Shown in pieces: positions 18,092-27,650 of a stretch of 64,000 bases of DNA (its first letter is position 1; every line of letters starts with the position of its first letter). The stretch spans positions 14,447 to 78,446 of the forward strand of contig JAQCIU010000013.1 in the NCBI GenBank assembly GCA_027593235.1. The letters run 5' to 3'. This DNA comes from Chloroflexota bacterium (GTDB taxonomy: Bacteria; Chloroflexota; Dehalococcoidia; UBA2979). The position numbers and the translations under genes were made by a program. The notes beneath the pieces were generated by a model. That model was not told where the DNA came from. It saw only the letters and a list, made by a program, of their open reading frames with translations, and did not search any database.

Positions 18092-19480
18092 TTAGGCGCG
18101 CCCTCGGCGGGACAGCGCGAAGGCGCTGCCACCCAGGGCCGCGACGATCAGCAGGGTCACGAGCGCGACGATGATCCCGCTTGCTCCGCTCCCGCCATCG
18201 CTTCCGCCGTCGCTGCTGTCGGCCCCGGATGCGCCAGACGTGGCGGTCCCAGCCGCCCCCGCTCCGCTGCGCGGCGCCGCCGCGACCGAGGTCGGGATCG
18301 CCAGTGGCGCACGCGTCGCCTCGGCGCCCGGCACGGCCGTGCCGGCAGCGCTCGAACCGAAGTCGATCGCCGTCATGCCGTTGGCCTCGCGCCAGAGGTT
18401 GTAGAGGCCGTTCTGATCGACGCCGTAGACGGCCATCAACGCGTCGTCGGTCGGCGAACCGGCCTTGATGGTGCGGTAGACCTCGGCAAATGCTTCCTCG
18501 CCGAAGTTCGAGACCATGAAGTCGACGGTCGACCAGGACTGTCCGTAGAAGAGGTTGATGAGGCTCGCCTCGTTGGCGGGCGACTGGAGCGATCGCAGGT
18601 TGAGCGGCGCGCCGGTCTCGATGGCGAAGCGGATCGCCGAGCTATAGCCGGAGCCCGGGGTGTTCTGCATGTAGACCGCGGTGCCCTCGTCGAGCCAGGA
18701 CGGCACGCGGGTGAACGCTCCGTCGCCAGCCACCTTGGTGACGATGTGCGCGGTTTCGTGGCGGATCACGTCAACATCCGGGGTGAAGACGAAGATCAGA
18801 TCAGGCGCGACGCGCTGACCGCCAGTCACGACCTGCGAGTCGAAGGTCTCACCGCGCGGCTGTCGCGCCAGATCGCCATCGGACTCGGACGCCCAGACCA
18901 TGACCTTGACGGGGTATTCGACGGTCGCCTCGAGCAGGGCCTCGGTGTCCGCCAGCGATGAGCGTGTGGCCTCGAAGGCGAGGTCGGCGCGATCCTGGTT
19001 GCTGCCATACCAGTAGACGGTGACGGCGCCTTCGGTGCGGTTCTGCCAGTCGTAGCGGCCGTCGAGGAAGACGAACGACTCCTCGTCGGTGGTCACCTTC
19101 GTGCCGTCGCGATCGGTCAGTTCCCACTGGATCACGAATTCGGAGCCGACCGGGATGTAGCGGCTGGCGGTGACGGTCCCGAGCGTGAAGGTGACGTCGG
19201 TCCGAGTTGCCGGAACGAACTCCGCGACCCCGCCGCCACCGACATTGCCGTCCGGGTTGAGCACTTTGTAGATGAAGCGGGCCGACTCCAGGCTCGACGG
19301 CGCTTCGACGCTCACGCGGAAGCTGACTTCGCGCGGATCCGCGCTCTCGATCCGCGTCTCGCCGGCCGTGATGCTGCCCGCGCGCGCCGATTGTGGGGCG
19401 ATCGCCAGCACCGCTGCCAGCGCCAGCGCGAATAGGCCGAGGGCAGTCGCGACCCTCGCGGTGCCAGGGGTGCGGATCAC
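18092..19480 (-). CDS. Secreted, C-terminally anchored gluzincin-like (peptidase MA) metallopeptidase
   Basis: Signal peptide, HETAH followed by WLDEGTA, low-complexity linker, C-terminal TM helix with basic tail. Confidence 0.82.
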   Translation of the reverse strand: MIRTPGTARVATALGLFALALAAVLAIAPQSARAGSITAGETRIESADPREVSFRVSVEAPSSLESARFIYKVLNPDGNVGGGGVAEFVPATRTDVTFTLGTVTASRYIPVGSEFVIQWELTDRDGTKVTTDEESFVFLDGRYDWQNRTEGAVTVYWYGSNQDRADLAFEATRSSLADTEALLEATVEYPVKVMVWASESDGDLARQPRGETFDSQVVTGGQRVAPDLIFVFTPDVDVIRHETAHIVTKVAGDGAFTRVPSWLDEGTAVYMQNTPGSGYSSAIRFAIETGAPLNLRSLQSPANEASLINLFYGQSWSTVDFMVSNFGEEAFAEVYRTIKAGSPTDDALMAVYGVDQNGLYNLWREANGMTAIDFGSSAAGTAVPGAEATRAPLAIPTSVAAAPRSGAGAAGTATSGASGADSSDGGSDGGSGASGIIVALVTLLIVAALGGSAFALSRRGRA

Positions 19481-20611
19481 GAGGCGACGGCCGTGTCGTC
19501 AATGCCGACCTGGCTCCGCAGGTAGTCGTAGATGAACTCGTCGATGGCGCCATCGAGGACGGCGCCGGTGTCGCTGGTCTCGGTGCTGGTGCGCAAGTCT
19601 TTCACCATCCGGTACGGCTGCAGCACGTAGGAACGAATCTGGTTGCCCCAGCCCGCGTCCACGTGCACGCCCTTGATCTCCGCCCGTTCCGCTTCGACAC
19701 GCTCGATCTCGAGTTCGAGGAGCCGTGACTCCAGTACGAGCATCGCGCTCTCGCGGTTTCGATTCTGCGATCGCTCATTCTGACAGGTGACCACAATCCC
19801 GCTGGGGATGTGTGTGATCCGCACCGCAGTGTCGTTCTTCTGGACGTTCTGGCCACCGTTGCCGCTGGCGCGGTAGGTATCGATCCGCAGATCGTCCGAG
19901 TTGATCTCGACGCTGATATCGCCCTCGGAGGCCTCGGGCATCACCTCGACCAGCGCGAAGCTGGTGTGGCGCGAATGGGACGAGTCGAAGGGTGAGATGC
20001 GCACCAGGCGGTGGACGCCGCGCTCGGACCGGAGGAGGCCGTAGGTGTTGTCGCCTGCGATGCGGATCTCGACGGACTTCAGCCCGGCCTCATCGCCGTT
20101 GCTGATCGAGAGAATTTCCGTCTTGAAGCCGTGCCGATCGGCCCAGCGCAGGTACATGCGGAGCATCATCTCCGCCCAGTCCTGCGCCTCGGTGCCGCCC
20201 GCGCCCGCGTGAATCGCGAGCATCGCGTTGCGGTCGTCGTAGTCGCCGCTGAGGGTCAACTCAACCTCGAGGGCGTCGAACTCACGCTCGAGCTTGACCA
20301 GCTCGGCGTCGAGGTCCCGCGCCAACGCCGCGAGCTCGTCCTCGTCGTCGATCGCCTCGGCCATTGCGAGGAACTCCTGGATGTCACTCGAGCCGGTCTC
20401 CAGCACGTTCCAGGTGTTCACGAGGTGTTCGAGGCGTGCAATTTCCTTCATGACGCGCTGCGCGCGCTTCTGGTCGTTCCACAGATCGGGGGCCTGCGAT
20501 TGCTCGCGGCGTTCGGCTAGACGGCGTTCCTGTGCGGGCAGGTCAAAGTCGCACCTGCACATCCCGCACGCGCTCGAGTAGCTCGGCGACTCGCTGTCGA
20601 AGTTCGTCCAT
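19477..20611 (-). CDS. prfB: Peptide chain release factor 2 with programmed +1 frameshift
   Basis: SPF and GGQ motifs; 22-codon first ORF MDELRQRVAELLERVRDVQVRL ending CTT TGA C. Confidence 0.96.
20542..20556 (-). promoter_or_regulatory. prfB +1 frameshift site
   Basis: AGGTG-CGA-CTT-TGA-C: internal SD-like sequence 3 nt before the slippery CTT TGA C. Confidence 0.92.
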
Positions 20612-20707
20612 CGTCGTTCCATCGTCGCATGGACAGCGGATTCAAGGGAATGGAGAACGCCCCGGCTGGATGAACCAGCAGGAACGTCCTGCTTGCGCCG
20701 CGGCAGT

Positions 20708-21589
20708 TCAGCTCGCGGCTCGCGCCGCCTTCAGGGCGTTCACGAGCAGCATCGCGCGGGTCATCGGGCCGACGCCACCGGGCACGGGCGTGATCGCGCT
20801 GGCGATCTCCTTCACCGCGTCGAAGTCCACGTCTCCCGCCAGGCGGAAGCCGGCCTTCTTCGAGGGGTCGTCGACGCGGTTCGTCCCGACATCGATCACC
20901 ACCGCTCCCGGCTGGACCATGTCCGCCGTGATCAGGTTCCGCCGCCCAGCGGCAGCGACGAGGATGTCGGCCTCCCGGGTGACGCTGCCGAGGTCGCTGG
21001 TCCCGGTGTGCGCGATCGTCACCGTCGCGTTCGCACCGGCCGCCTTCGCAGAGAGCAGCATGGCGAGTGGCCGCCCGACGAGGATCGAGCGCCCAACAAT
21101 CACCACCCGCTTCCCGGCGGGATCGATGCCGCTGCGCAGCAGCAACTGCTGGATGCCGGACGGTGTCGCGGGGATGAACACTGGCGCGCCCTGCACGAGC
21201 CGGCCGAGGCTGGTCGGCCCCAGTCCATCCGCGTCCTTGCCAGCATCCAGCGTCGCGTCGACGAGAGCGTCATCCACACCCGGCGGTAATGGCTTCTGGA
21301 CGATCACGCCGTCGACGGCGTCGTTCGCGTTGAGGCCACGGACGACCGCGAGGATCTCGGCCTGGGTCGCGGTCGCGGGGAGCGCGACGGTGTCGCTGGT
21401 CATCCCGACCTCGGCGCAATCGCGGTGCTTGAGGCGGACGTAGGTCGCGGACGCGGCGTCGTCACCGACGAGGACGGCGGTCAGGTGCGGCGGGCGGCGC
21501 CCGGCGGCGACCAGCTCCGCGACGCCTGCGGCGACCTCGGCGCGTACCTCCGCCGCAATCGCGTTGCCATCGATAATGCGTGCCGCCAC
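20708..21589 (-). CDS. folD: Methylenetetrahydrofolate dehydrogenase/cyclohydrolase
   Basis: ARIIDG, SATYVRLK, KDADG, GRSILVGRP, GDVDF, TPVPGGVGPMT. Confidence 0.96.
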   Translation of the reverse strand: MAARIIDGNAIAAEVRAEVAAGVAELVAAGRRPPHLTAVLVGDDAASATYVRLKHRDCAEVGMTSDTVALPATATQAEILAVVRGLNANDAVDGVIVQKPLPPGVDDALVDATLDAGKDADGLGPTSLGRLVQGAPVFIPATPSGIQQLLLRSGIDPAGKRVVIVGRSILVGRPLAMLLSAKAAGANATVTIAHTGTSDLGSVTREADILVAAAGRRNLITADMVQPGAVVIDVGTNRVDDPSKKAGFRLAGDVDFDAVKEIASAITPVPGGVGPMTRAMLLVNALKAARAAS

Positions 21590-21739
21590 GGTTCCCCCTG
21601 CCCTGCTCGAAGCGCGAGTATCGCACGCGTCACAGCCAGTCCCCAGCCGCCTCGGATGGTGCGCGGCGGCCTCGTGGCGGTGGTGAGCGCGGCGGCGCGG
21701 CGTCGTCGGAGGGTGAGCGTCCCTGATAGATTCAGCGGC

Positions 21740-22234
21740 GTGACTACACATTCCGTTGGCATCGACATGATCGAACTGGATCGCGTGCGCGCGGTGCTCA
21801 AGAAGTACCCGGAGCGCTTCATCCACCGCGTCTTCACACCCGCCGAGGCCGCGTTTTGCCGCGGTCGGGTTCCCGAGCTGGCTGCCCGCTTCGCCGCCAA
21901 GGAGGCGGTGATGAAGGCACTGGGCACCGGCGCCCGCTCCGTCGCCTGGCGCGAAATCGAGGTGCTCCCCGACCGCCGAGGAAAACCGCTTGTCTACCTC
22001 TACGGCGGCGCGCGTACCCGCGCCGACTTCATCGGCCTCGAGGCGATCGACATTTCGCTGACGCACCTCGATTCGTTCGCCGTCGCCTCGGTCGTCTGCA
22101 CGCAGCGGATCCGTGAGCAGGAGCCCGAGGAGGCGCGGCCTCGGCTGATCGCGCGTCTCAAGCAGCGCGGGTTGCTGGTGGACGACGACGGCGAGGAGCG
22201 CCTGCCGGACGTGCTCCCGCCGATCCGCAAGTAG
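21740..22234 (+). CDS. acpS: Holo-ACP synthase
   Basis: VGIDMIE, LAARFAAKEAVMKALGTG, GKP, ISLTH. Confidence 0.93.
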   Translation: MTTHSVGIDMIELDRVRAVLKKYPERFIHRVFTPAEAAFCRGRVPELAARFAAKEAVMKALGTGARSVAWREIEVLPDRRGKPLVYLYGGARTRADFIGLEAIDISLTHLDSFAVASVVCTQRIREQEPEEARPRLIARLKQRGLLVDDDGEERLPDVLPPIRK

Positions 22235-22299
22235 TCTCGCCCCGCGGGGCAGCCCGACCAGCACCGCCAATCCCAGCAGCACCGAGAAGGTCCAGCACC

Positions 22300-24015
22300 G
22301 TGAGCAAACTCGTCACCGTCGCGCAGATGCGCCAACTGGAAGCGGCGGCCGTCGCGGCCGGCGTTAGCGAACAGCAACTGATGGAGGAGGCGGGGATCGC
22401 CGCCGCGCAGGAAGCGTGGATGGCGGTCGGCGCGATCGAACAGCGCGGCATCCTGATCCTGGTTGGGCCCGGCAACAACGGTGGCGACGGCCTGGTCGCG
22501 GCGCGTCACCTGGTCCAGTTCGGCGCGATCCCATACGTCTACCTGCTGGAGCCGCGCGCGGAGGACGACCCGCAGTGGCAGGCGCTGCTGGAGTCCGAGG
22601 TGCCCTGGACCACCGTCGCGGAAGACCCGAACTTCGAGCGGCTCGACGCGCTGTTCCGCGATGCCTCGGCCGTGATCGACGCACTGCTCGGGATCGGCGC
22701 ATCACCGCGCGAGCGGCCAATCGCGGGCGCGCTCGCGGAGATCCTGCGCCGCCTGCGTGCGACCGAACGCCGCGTCCCGGCGCCACAGATTCTCGCCCTC
22801 GATGTACCGACCGGCGTCGACGCGGATAGCGGCTACGCGGATCCGCTCGCGGTGAACGCCAGCGCCACGGTGACGTTTGGCTTCGCCAAGGTTGGTCTCT
22901 ACTCGGTTCCCGGGCGGGCGAACGCCGGGCGGGTGATCCCCGTGGATATCGGCATCCCGAAGGCCGCTTCCGCCGATCTCCCCTTCGAGGAACTACGACT
23001 GCGCGACCTGAAGGCGGTGATGCCGGAGCGGCGCGACGACGCGAACAAGGGCACGTTCGGCACGGTCACGATCGCCGCCGGATCGCGACGCTACCCGGGC
23101 GCCGCGCGGCTCGCCGCGGAAGCGGCCGCACGGTCCGGCGCCGGCCTCGTGCAACTCGCCGCCCCCGAGGTGATCCAGCCGCTGCTCGTGCACGGGCTGC
23201 CGGACGTGATCCACGAGCCGCTGCCATCGACCGATGGCACGCTGGACGCTTCGGCGGCACGCGCGCTGTTGCGCGCGCTCAACGGCGGCCGGTCGAACGT
23301 GCTGCTCGTGGGCCCCGGGCTGTCGCTCAGCAACGAGAGCCGCGCTTTCGTCCGCCACCTCCTCGCGGGCATCGACGACATCGATGGCCCGTCGGCGCTG
23401 GTGCTGGATGCCGACGCGCTCAACGTGCTGGCGGACGATCCGGAGTGGTGGACGCGGCTCGCACTACCGCGCGTGCTGACGCCCCACCCCGGCGAGATGG
23501 CGCGGCTGACCGGCACCAGCGTCGAGCAGGTCCAGGCGACACGCCTGGACACCGCCGCGGCCTACGCGAAGCTCACGAATTCCGTCGTGGTGTTGAAGGG
23601 CGCCTGCACCGTGATCGCGGCGCCGGACGGTACGGCCCGTCTCTCCGAGGCAGCGAACGCGATGCTGGCGACCGCCGGGACCGGCGACGTGCTCGCCGGT
23701 CTGATCGCGGGGCTGATCGCGCAGGGGCTCGCGCCGTACGACGCGGCCGCGGTAGCGGTTTATGTCCATGCGGACGCCGGACGCCGCGTCGCGGAGAGCC
23801 ACGGTACCGCCGCGGGGCTGGCGCAAGACTTGCTCGCCGTGCTGCACGAGTCGCGCCGGCTGCTCGAGCCGACGGGGGCCGGCGCTGGGTTGCCGGACTT
23901 TAGCGCCCTCGGCGGTATGGGCGGTGCTGGGGGGATGGGCGGCGGCGGCATGCCAGGGATGGCGGGCCTCGGCGATGCCGGCGGGCTGCCGGACAGTGGC
24001 GGATCGCCGTTCTAA
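22300..24015 (+). CDS. nnr: Bifunctional NAD(P)H-hydrate epimerase/dehydratase (NnrE-NnrD)
   Basis: GPGNNGGDG, DVPTG, NKGTFG, DADAL, LTPHPGE, ATAGTGDVLAG. Confidence 0.93.
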   Translation: MSKLVTVAQMRQLEAAAVAAGVSEQQLMEEAGIAAAQEAWMAVGAIEQRGILILVGPGNNGGDGLVAARHLVQFGAIPYVYLLEPRAEDDPQWQALLESEVPWTTVAEDPNFERLDALFRDASAVIDALLGIGASPRERPIAGALAEILRRLRATERRVPAPQILALDVPTGVDADSGYADPLAVNASATVTFGFAKVGLYSVPGRANAGRVIPVDIGIPKAASADLPFEELRLRDLKAVMPERRDDANKGTFGTVTIAAGSRRYPGAARLAAEAAARSGAGLVQLAAPEVIQPLLVHGLPDVIHEPLPSTDGTLDASAARALLRALNGGRSNVLLVGPGLSLSNESRAFVRHLLAGIDDIDGPSALVLDADALNVLADDPEWWTRLALPRVLTPHPGEMARLTGTSVEQVQATRLDTAAAYAKLTNSVVVLKGACTVIAAPDGTARLSEAANAMLATAGTGDVLAGLIAGLIAQGLAPYDAAAVAVYVHADAGRRVAESHGTAAGLAQDLLAVLHESRRLLEPTGAGAGLPDFSALGGMGGAGGMGGGGMPGMAGLGDAGGLPDSGGSPF

Positions 24016-24151
24016 CGGGCGTCCTCGAAGGTCAGCCGCGAGAGCGGCGGCGCGCTGGCGAATTCTCACGTCGCCAGAAGCCCCTTGCTACACTGCGAAA
24101 CCGTATGGCGAGGGGCCGCATTTGCGGTTCTGCCCGGCCGGGAGGCCGCTC

Positions 24152-25162
24152 GTGAGCGACGCAACGAACGCGCCCGCAGGCGCCGCCTCCGACACCGATC
24201 CCACTGCTCTGCTGTTCCCGGGACAGGGATCGCAGGCGCCGGGCATGGGCAAGCTCGTCCACGAACACTCCGCCGCCGCCCGTCTCGCGTACGAAGAGGC
24301 CAGCGACCTCACCGGTATCGACCTGGTGAAGGTTTGCTTCGAATCGGACATCGACGAGCTCGCTGAGACCCGCGCGACACAGCCGGCGATGGTCACGACC
24401 TCGGTCGCTTTCCTCCGCGCGATGCGCGAGAAGCTCTCCGAGGCGGGTGAGCGCGTGCGCCCACGGCTCTTTGGCGGTCACTCGCTCGGCATGTTCAGCG
24501 CTGCCGTCGCCGCGGAGGCGCTCTCGTTCCGGGATGCGCTGCTGATCATCCTCGAACGCGCGCGCCTGATGAGTGAGTTCAACGCGGCGCGCCCGGTGGG
24601 CATGGCCTCGATTCTGGGCCTCGAGTACGACGTGGTGCGTCAGATCTGCGAGGACGCAACGCAGTCGCCCGAGGACCGCGTCGATGTCGCGAACCACAAC
24701 CTGGACACGCAGATCGTGGTCAGCGGCGACGTCGCGGCGCTGGAGCGCGCGATGGACCGCGCCCGCGACCTGCAAGGCCGCGCGATTCGCCTGAAGGTGA
24801 AGGTCTCCAGTCACACCCCGCTGCACAACGAGCAGGCGGAAGAGTTCGCCTGGGTGATCCGCGAGATCCCGATCGCGGATCCGCTTCAACCGATCGTCTC
24901 CAACGCCACGTCCCGCCTGCTGTCGACCGCCGCCGAGGTCCGCCGTGAATTCGAGGAGCAGCTCCGCTCTCCCGTCTTCTGGACGAAGAACGTTCAGCGG
25001 ATGGAGAGCGAAGGCGTCGACACCTACATCGAGGTGGGCCCCGGTCACGTCCTCTCACGCATGGTGAAGCGCATCTCTGACCAACTCACCGCGGTGTCGC
25101 TGGACGACGCGCGCGAAGAGCCGATCCCGATTTCGGTCATTCCCCACCCCAGCGCTCGCTGA
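24152..25162 (+). CDS. fabD: Malonyl-CoA:ACP transacylase
   Basis: LFPGQGSQ, TQPA, GHSLG, SSHTPL, EVGPG; GGAGG RBS. Confidence 0.92.
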   Translation: MSDATNAPAGAASDTDPTALLFPGQGSQAPGMGKLVHEHSAAARLAYEEASDLTGIDLVKVCFESDIDELAETRATQPAMVTTSVAFLRAMREKLSEAGERVRPRLFGGHSLGMFSAAVAAEALSFRDALLIILERARLMSEFNAARPVGMASILGLEYDVVRQICEDATQSPEDRVDVANHNLDTQIVVSGDVAALERAMDRARDLQGRAIRLKVKVSSHTPLHNEQAEEFAWVIREIPIADPLQPIVSNATSRLLSTAAEVRREFEEQLRSPVFWTKNVQRMESEGVDTYIEVGPGHVLSRMVKRISDQLTAVSLDDAREEPIPISVIPHPSAR

Positions 25163-26403
25163 TGCCGCGCGAAGTCGTGGTTACGGGGCTGGGCATGATC
25201 AGCCCGGTCGGAAAGAACGTCGCTGACGGCTGGGACAGCATCGTCGCCGGCCGCTCCGGGATCGGCCTGATCAGCCGATTCGACGCATCCCAGTACGAGT
25301 ACCCGATCGCCGGCGAGGTGGACGGCTTCGAGCCCTCGGATCACGTGGAAGCGAAGATCCTGCGCCGGATCGACCTCTCGACCGCCTTCGCGATCGCCTC
25401 CGCGCAGGAAGCGGTGGCCGACGCGCAGCTTGAGATCAACGCGGAGCGACCGGACTCGGTCGGAATCCTGCTCGGCACGGGCATCGGCGGCGCGCACCTG
25501 ATGGTGGAGCAGCAGCGGATCCTCGAAGAGAAGGGGCCGCGTCGGGTCTCGCCGTTCCTGATCACGAGCATGCTGCCGGACACCGCGACCGGCTTGGTCG
25601 CGATCGCCCTCGGTGCGCGCGGCCCGAACTTCGCCGTGACCGCTGCCTGCGCCACCGGTGGCGCGGCGGTGGGCGAAGCGGCGGAGACGATCGCCCGCGG
25701 CGAGGCCGAGGTGATGATCGCGGGCGGCTTCGAGGCGCCGTTACAGCCGATCTACTACGCCGGCTTCAACGCGATGAAGGCGCTGGCGACGCACGAGGAT
25801 CCGACGCAGGCGGTGCGGCCCTTCGACAAGGATCGCAACGGCTTCATCCTCGGTGAGGGCGCCGGCACGCTGATCCTCGAATCGCTGGAGCACGCGCAGG
25901 CGCGGGGCGCGAAGATCTACGCGCGCTGGATGGGCGCCGCGACGAGCAACGACGCGTTCGACATGGTGGCCGCCGCCGAGGATGGCCGCGGGATCAACGA
26001 GGCGATGCGACGCGCCCTCAGTCGGGCGAACCTGACGCCGGATCGCATCTCCTACATCAACGCCCACGGCACCGGCACGCCGCTCAACGACCGCGTCGAG
26101 ACGCGGGCGATCCGCGACGTGTTCGGCGAAGATGCCGATCGCGTGATGGTCTCCAGCACGAAGGCGATGCACGGCCACATGATGGGTGCCTCGGGCGCTG
26201 TCGAGGCGGTGATCTGTGTGCTGGCCTGCAAGCATGGGATCGCGCCGCCGACGATCAACTACACGACGCCGGATCCGGACTGCGACCTGGACTACGTCCC
26301 GAACATCGCCCGTGAAGCCCCGATCGAGTACGCGATGAGTACGTCGGTGGGCCTCGGTGGACACAACTCCGCGCTGATTTTCGGACATTGGGGAGGCGAT
26401 TGA
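25162..26403 (+). CDS. fabF: 3-oxoacyl-ACP synthase II, paralog 1
   Basis: VVVTGLG, ACATG, NAHGTGT, GHMMGA, GLGGHN. Confidence 0.9.
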   Translation: MPREVVVTGLGMISPVGKNVADGWDSIVAGRSGIGLISRFDASQYEYPIAGEVDGFEPSDHVEAKILRRIDLSTAFAIASAQEAVADAQLEINAERPDSVGILLGTGIGGAHLMVEQQRILEEKGPRRVSPFLITSMLPDTATGLVAIALGARGPNFAVTAACATGGAAVGEAAETIARGEAEVMIAGGFEAPLQPIYYAGFNAMKALATHEDPTQAVRPFDKDRNGFILGEGAGTLILESLEHAQARGAKIYARWMGAATSNDAFDMVAAAEDGRGINEAMRRALSRANLTPDRISYINAHGTGTPLNDRVETRAIRDVFGEDADRVMVSSTKAMHGHMMGASGAVEAVICVLACKHGIAPPTINYTTPDPDCDLDYVPNIAREAPIEYAMSTSVGLGGHNSALIFGHWGGD

Positions 26404-27647
26404 TGGACACGGCACGTGTCGTCGTCACGGGCATCGGAATGATGACCCCGGTTGGGATCGGTCGCGACGCGAGCTGGGTCGCGATGCTCGAGGGCCGGAA
26501 CGGGATCGATCAGATCACCCTGGTCGAGGCGGCGGACCTCCCGTCCACCATCGCCGGCGAGGTGACTGGCTTCGAGCCGACCGACTGGCTCAACCGCAAG
26601 GATGCCCGCCGCATGGACCGCTTCGTCCAGCTCGCGATCGCCGCGACCGACGAGGCGCTGGAGCAGTCCGGCCTCGACGTTCGCGCGGAGGCGGATGAGA
26701 TCGGCTGCATGATCGGATCCGGCATCGGCGGCATCGGCACGCTGGAGGATCAGTTCCACGTCTTCTTCGACAAGGGCGCCCGCAGTGTCTCGCCGTTCCT
26801 GGTCCCGATGTTCATCTCCGACATGGCCGCCGGACAGGTCTCGATCCGCACCGGCGCGCGCGGTCCGAACGTCAATACGGTGAGCGCCTGCGCCTCCGGC
26901 GCGGACGCGATCGGCACGGCGTACGAGGTGCTGCGGCGCGGCGACGCAAAGGCGATGATCACCGGTGGCACGGACGCGGGCGTGACCCGGATGTCCGTGG
27001 CGGCATTCGCGGCGTCCCGCGCGCTGTCGACCGGGCAGAACGACAACCCGGAACACGCCTCGCGCCCGTTTGACCTCGATCGCGACGGGTTCATCCTCGC
27101 GGAGGGCGCCGGCACGCTGATCCTCGAGACGCTCGAGCACGCGCAGGAGCGCGGGGCGACGATCATCGCGGAGCTGGTGGGCTACGGCGCATCGGCGGAC
27201 GCGTTCCACGTCACGCAGCCCTCGGAAAACGGCGAGGGCGCGGCGCGTGCGATGAACGCCGCGCTGAAGAAGGCGGGGATCAACGCGAGCGATGTTGGCT
27301 ACATCAACGCGCACGCGACCAGCACACCGCTGAACGACAAGTTCGAGACGATGTCGCTGCGCACGGTCTTCGGCGAAGCGGCGGGGGCGATTCCGATCTC
27401 CGCGACGAAGTCGATGATCGGCCACACCCTCGGTGCTGGTGGGGCGATCGAGGCGGGCGTGACGATCCTGTCGATCCGCGATCAGCGCATCCACGGCACG
27501 CGGAACCTCGTGACGCCGGACCCGGAGTGCGATCTGGACTACGTGAGCGAGGGCGCGCGCGACGTGCCGATCGAGTACGCCATCTCCAACTCGATGGGCT
27601 TCGGCGGGCACAACAGCTCCCTGGTCTTCAAGCGCTTCGCGGAATAG
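26403..27647 (+). CDS. fabF: 3-oxoacyl-ACP synthase II, paralog 2
   Basis: VVVTGIG, ACASG, NAHATST, GHTLGA, NSMGFGGHN; TGATG overlap with paralog 1. Confidence 0.93.
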   Translation: MDTARVVVTGIGMMTPVGIGRDASWVAMLEGRNGIDQITLVEAADLPSTIAGEVTGFEPTDWLNRKDARRMDRFVQLAIAATDEALEQSGLDVRAEADEIGCMIGSGIGGIGTLEDQFHVFFDKGARSVSPFLVPMFISDMAAGQVSIRTGARGPNVNTVSACASGADAIGTAYEVLRRGDAKAMITGGTDAGVTRMSVAAFAASRALSTGQNDNPEHASRPFDLDRDGFILAEGAGTLILETLEHAQERGATIIAELVGYGASADAFHVTQPSENGEGAARAMNAALKKAGINASDVGYINAHATSTPLNDKFETMSLRTVFGEAAGAIPISATKSMIGHTLGAGGAIEAGVTILSIRDQRIHGTRNLVTPDPECDLDYVSEGARDVPIEYAISNSMGFGGHNSSLVFKRFAE

Positions 27648-27650
27648 CCG

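Noticed and set aside
20708-22282. 524-aa FolD fusion
   Set aside because: The extension is antisense to acpS; FolD homology starts at GTG 21589 with its own RBS
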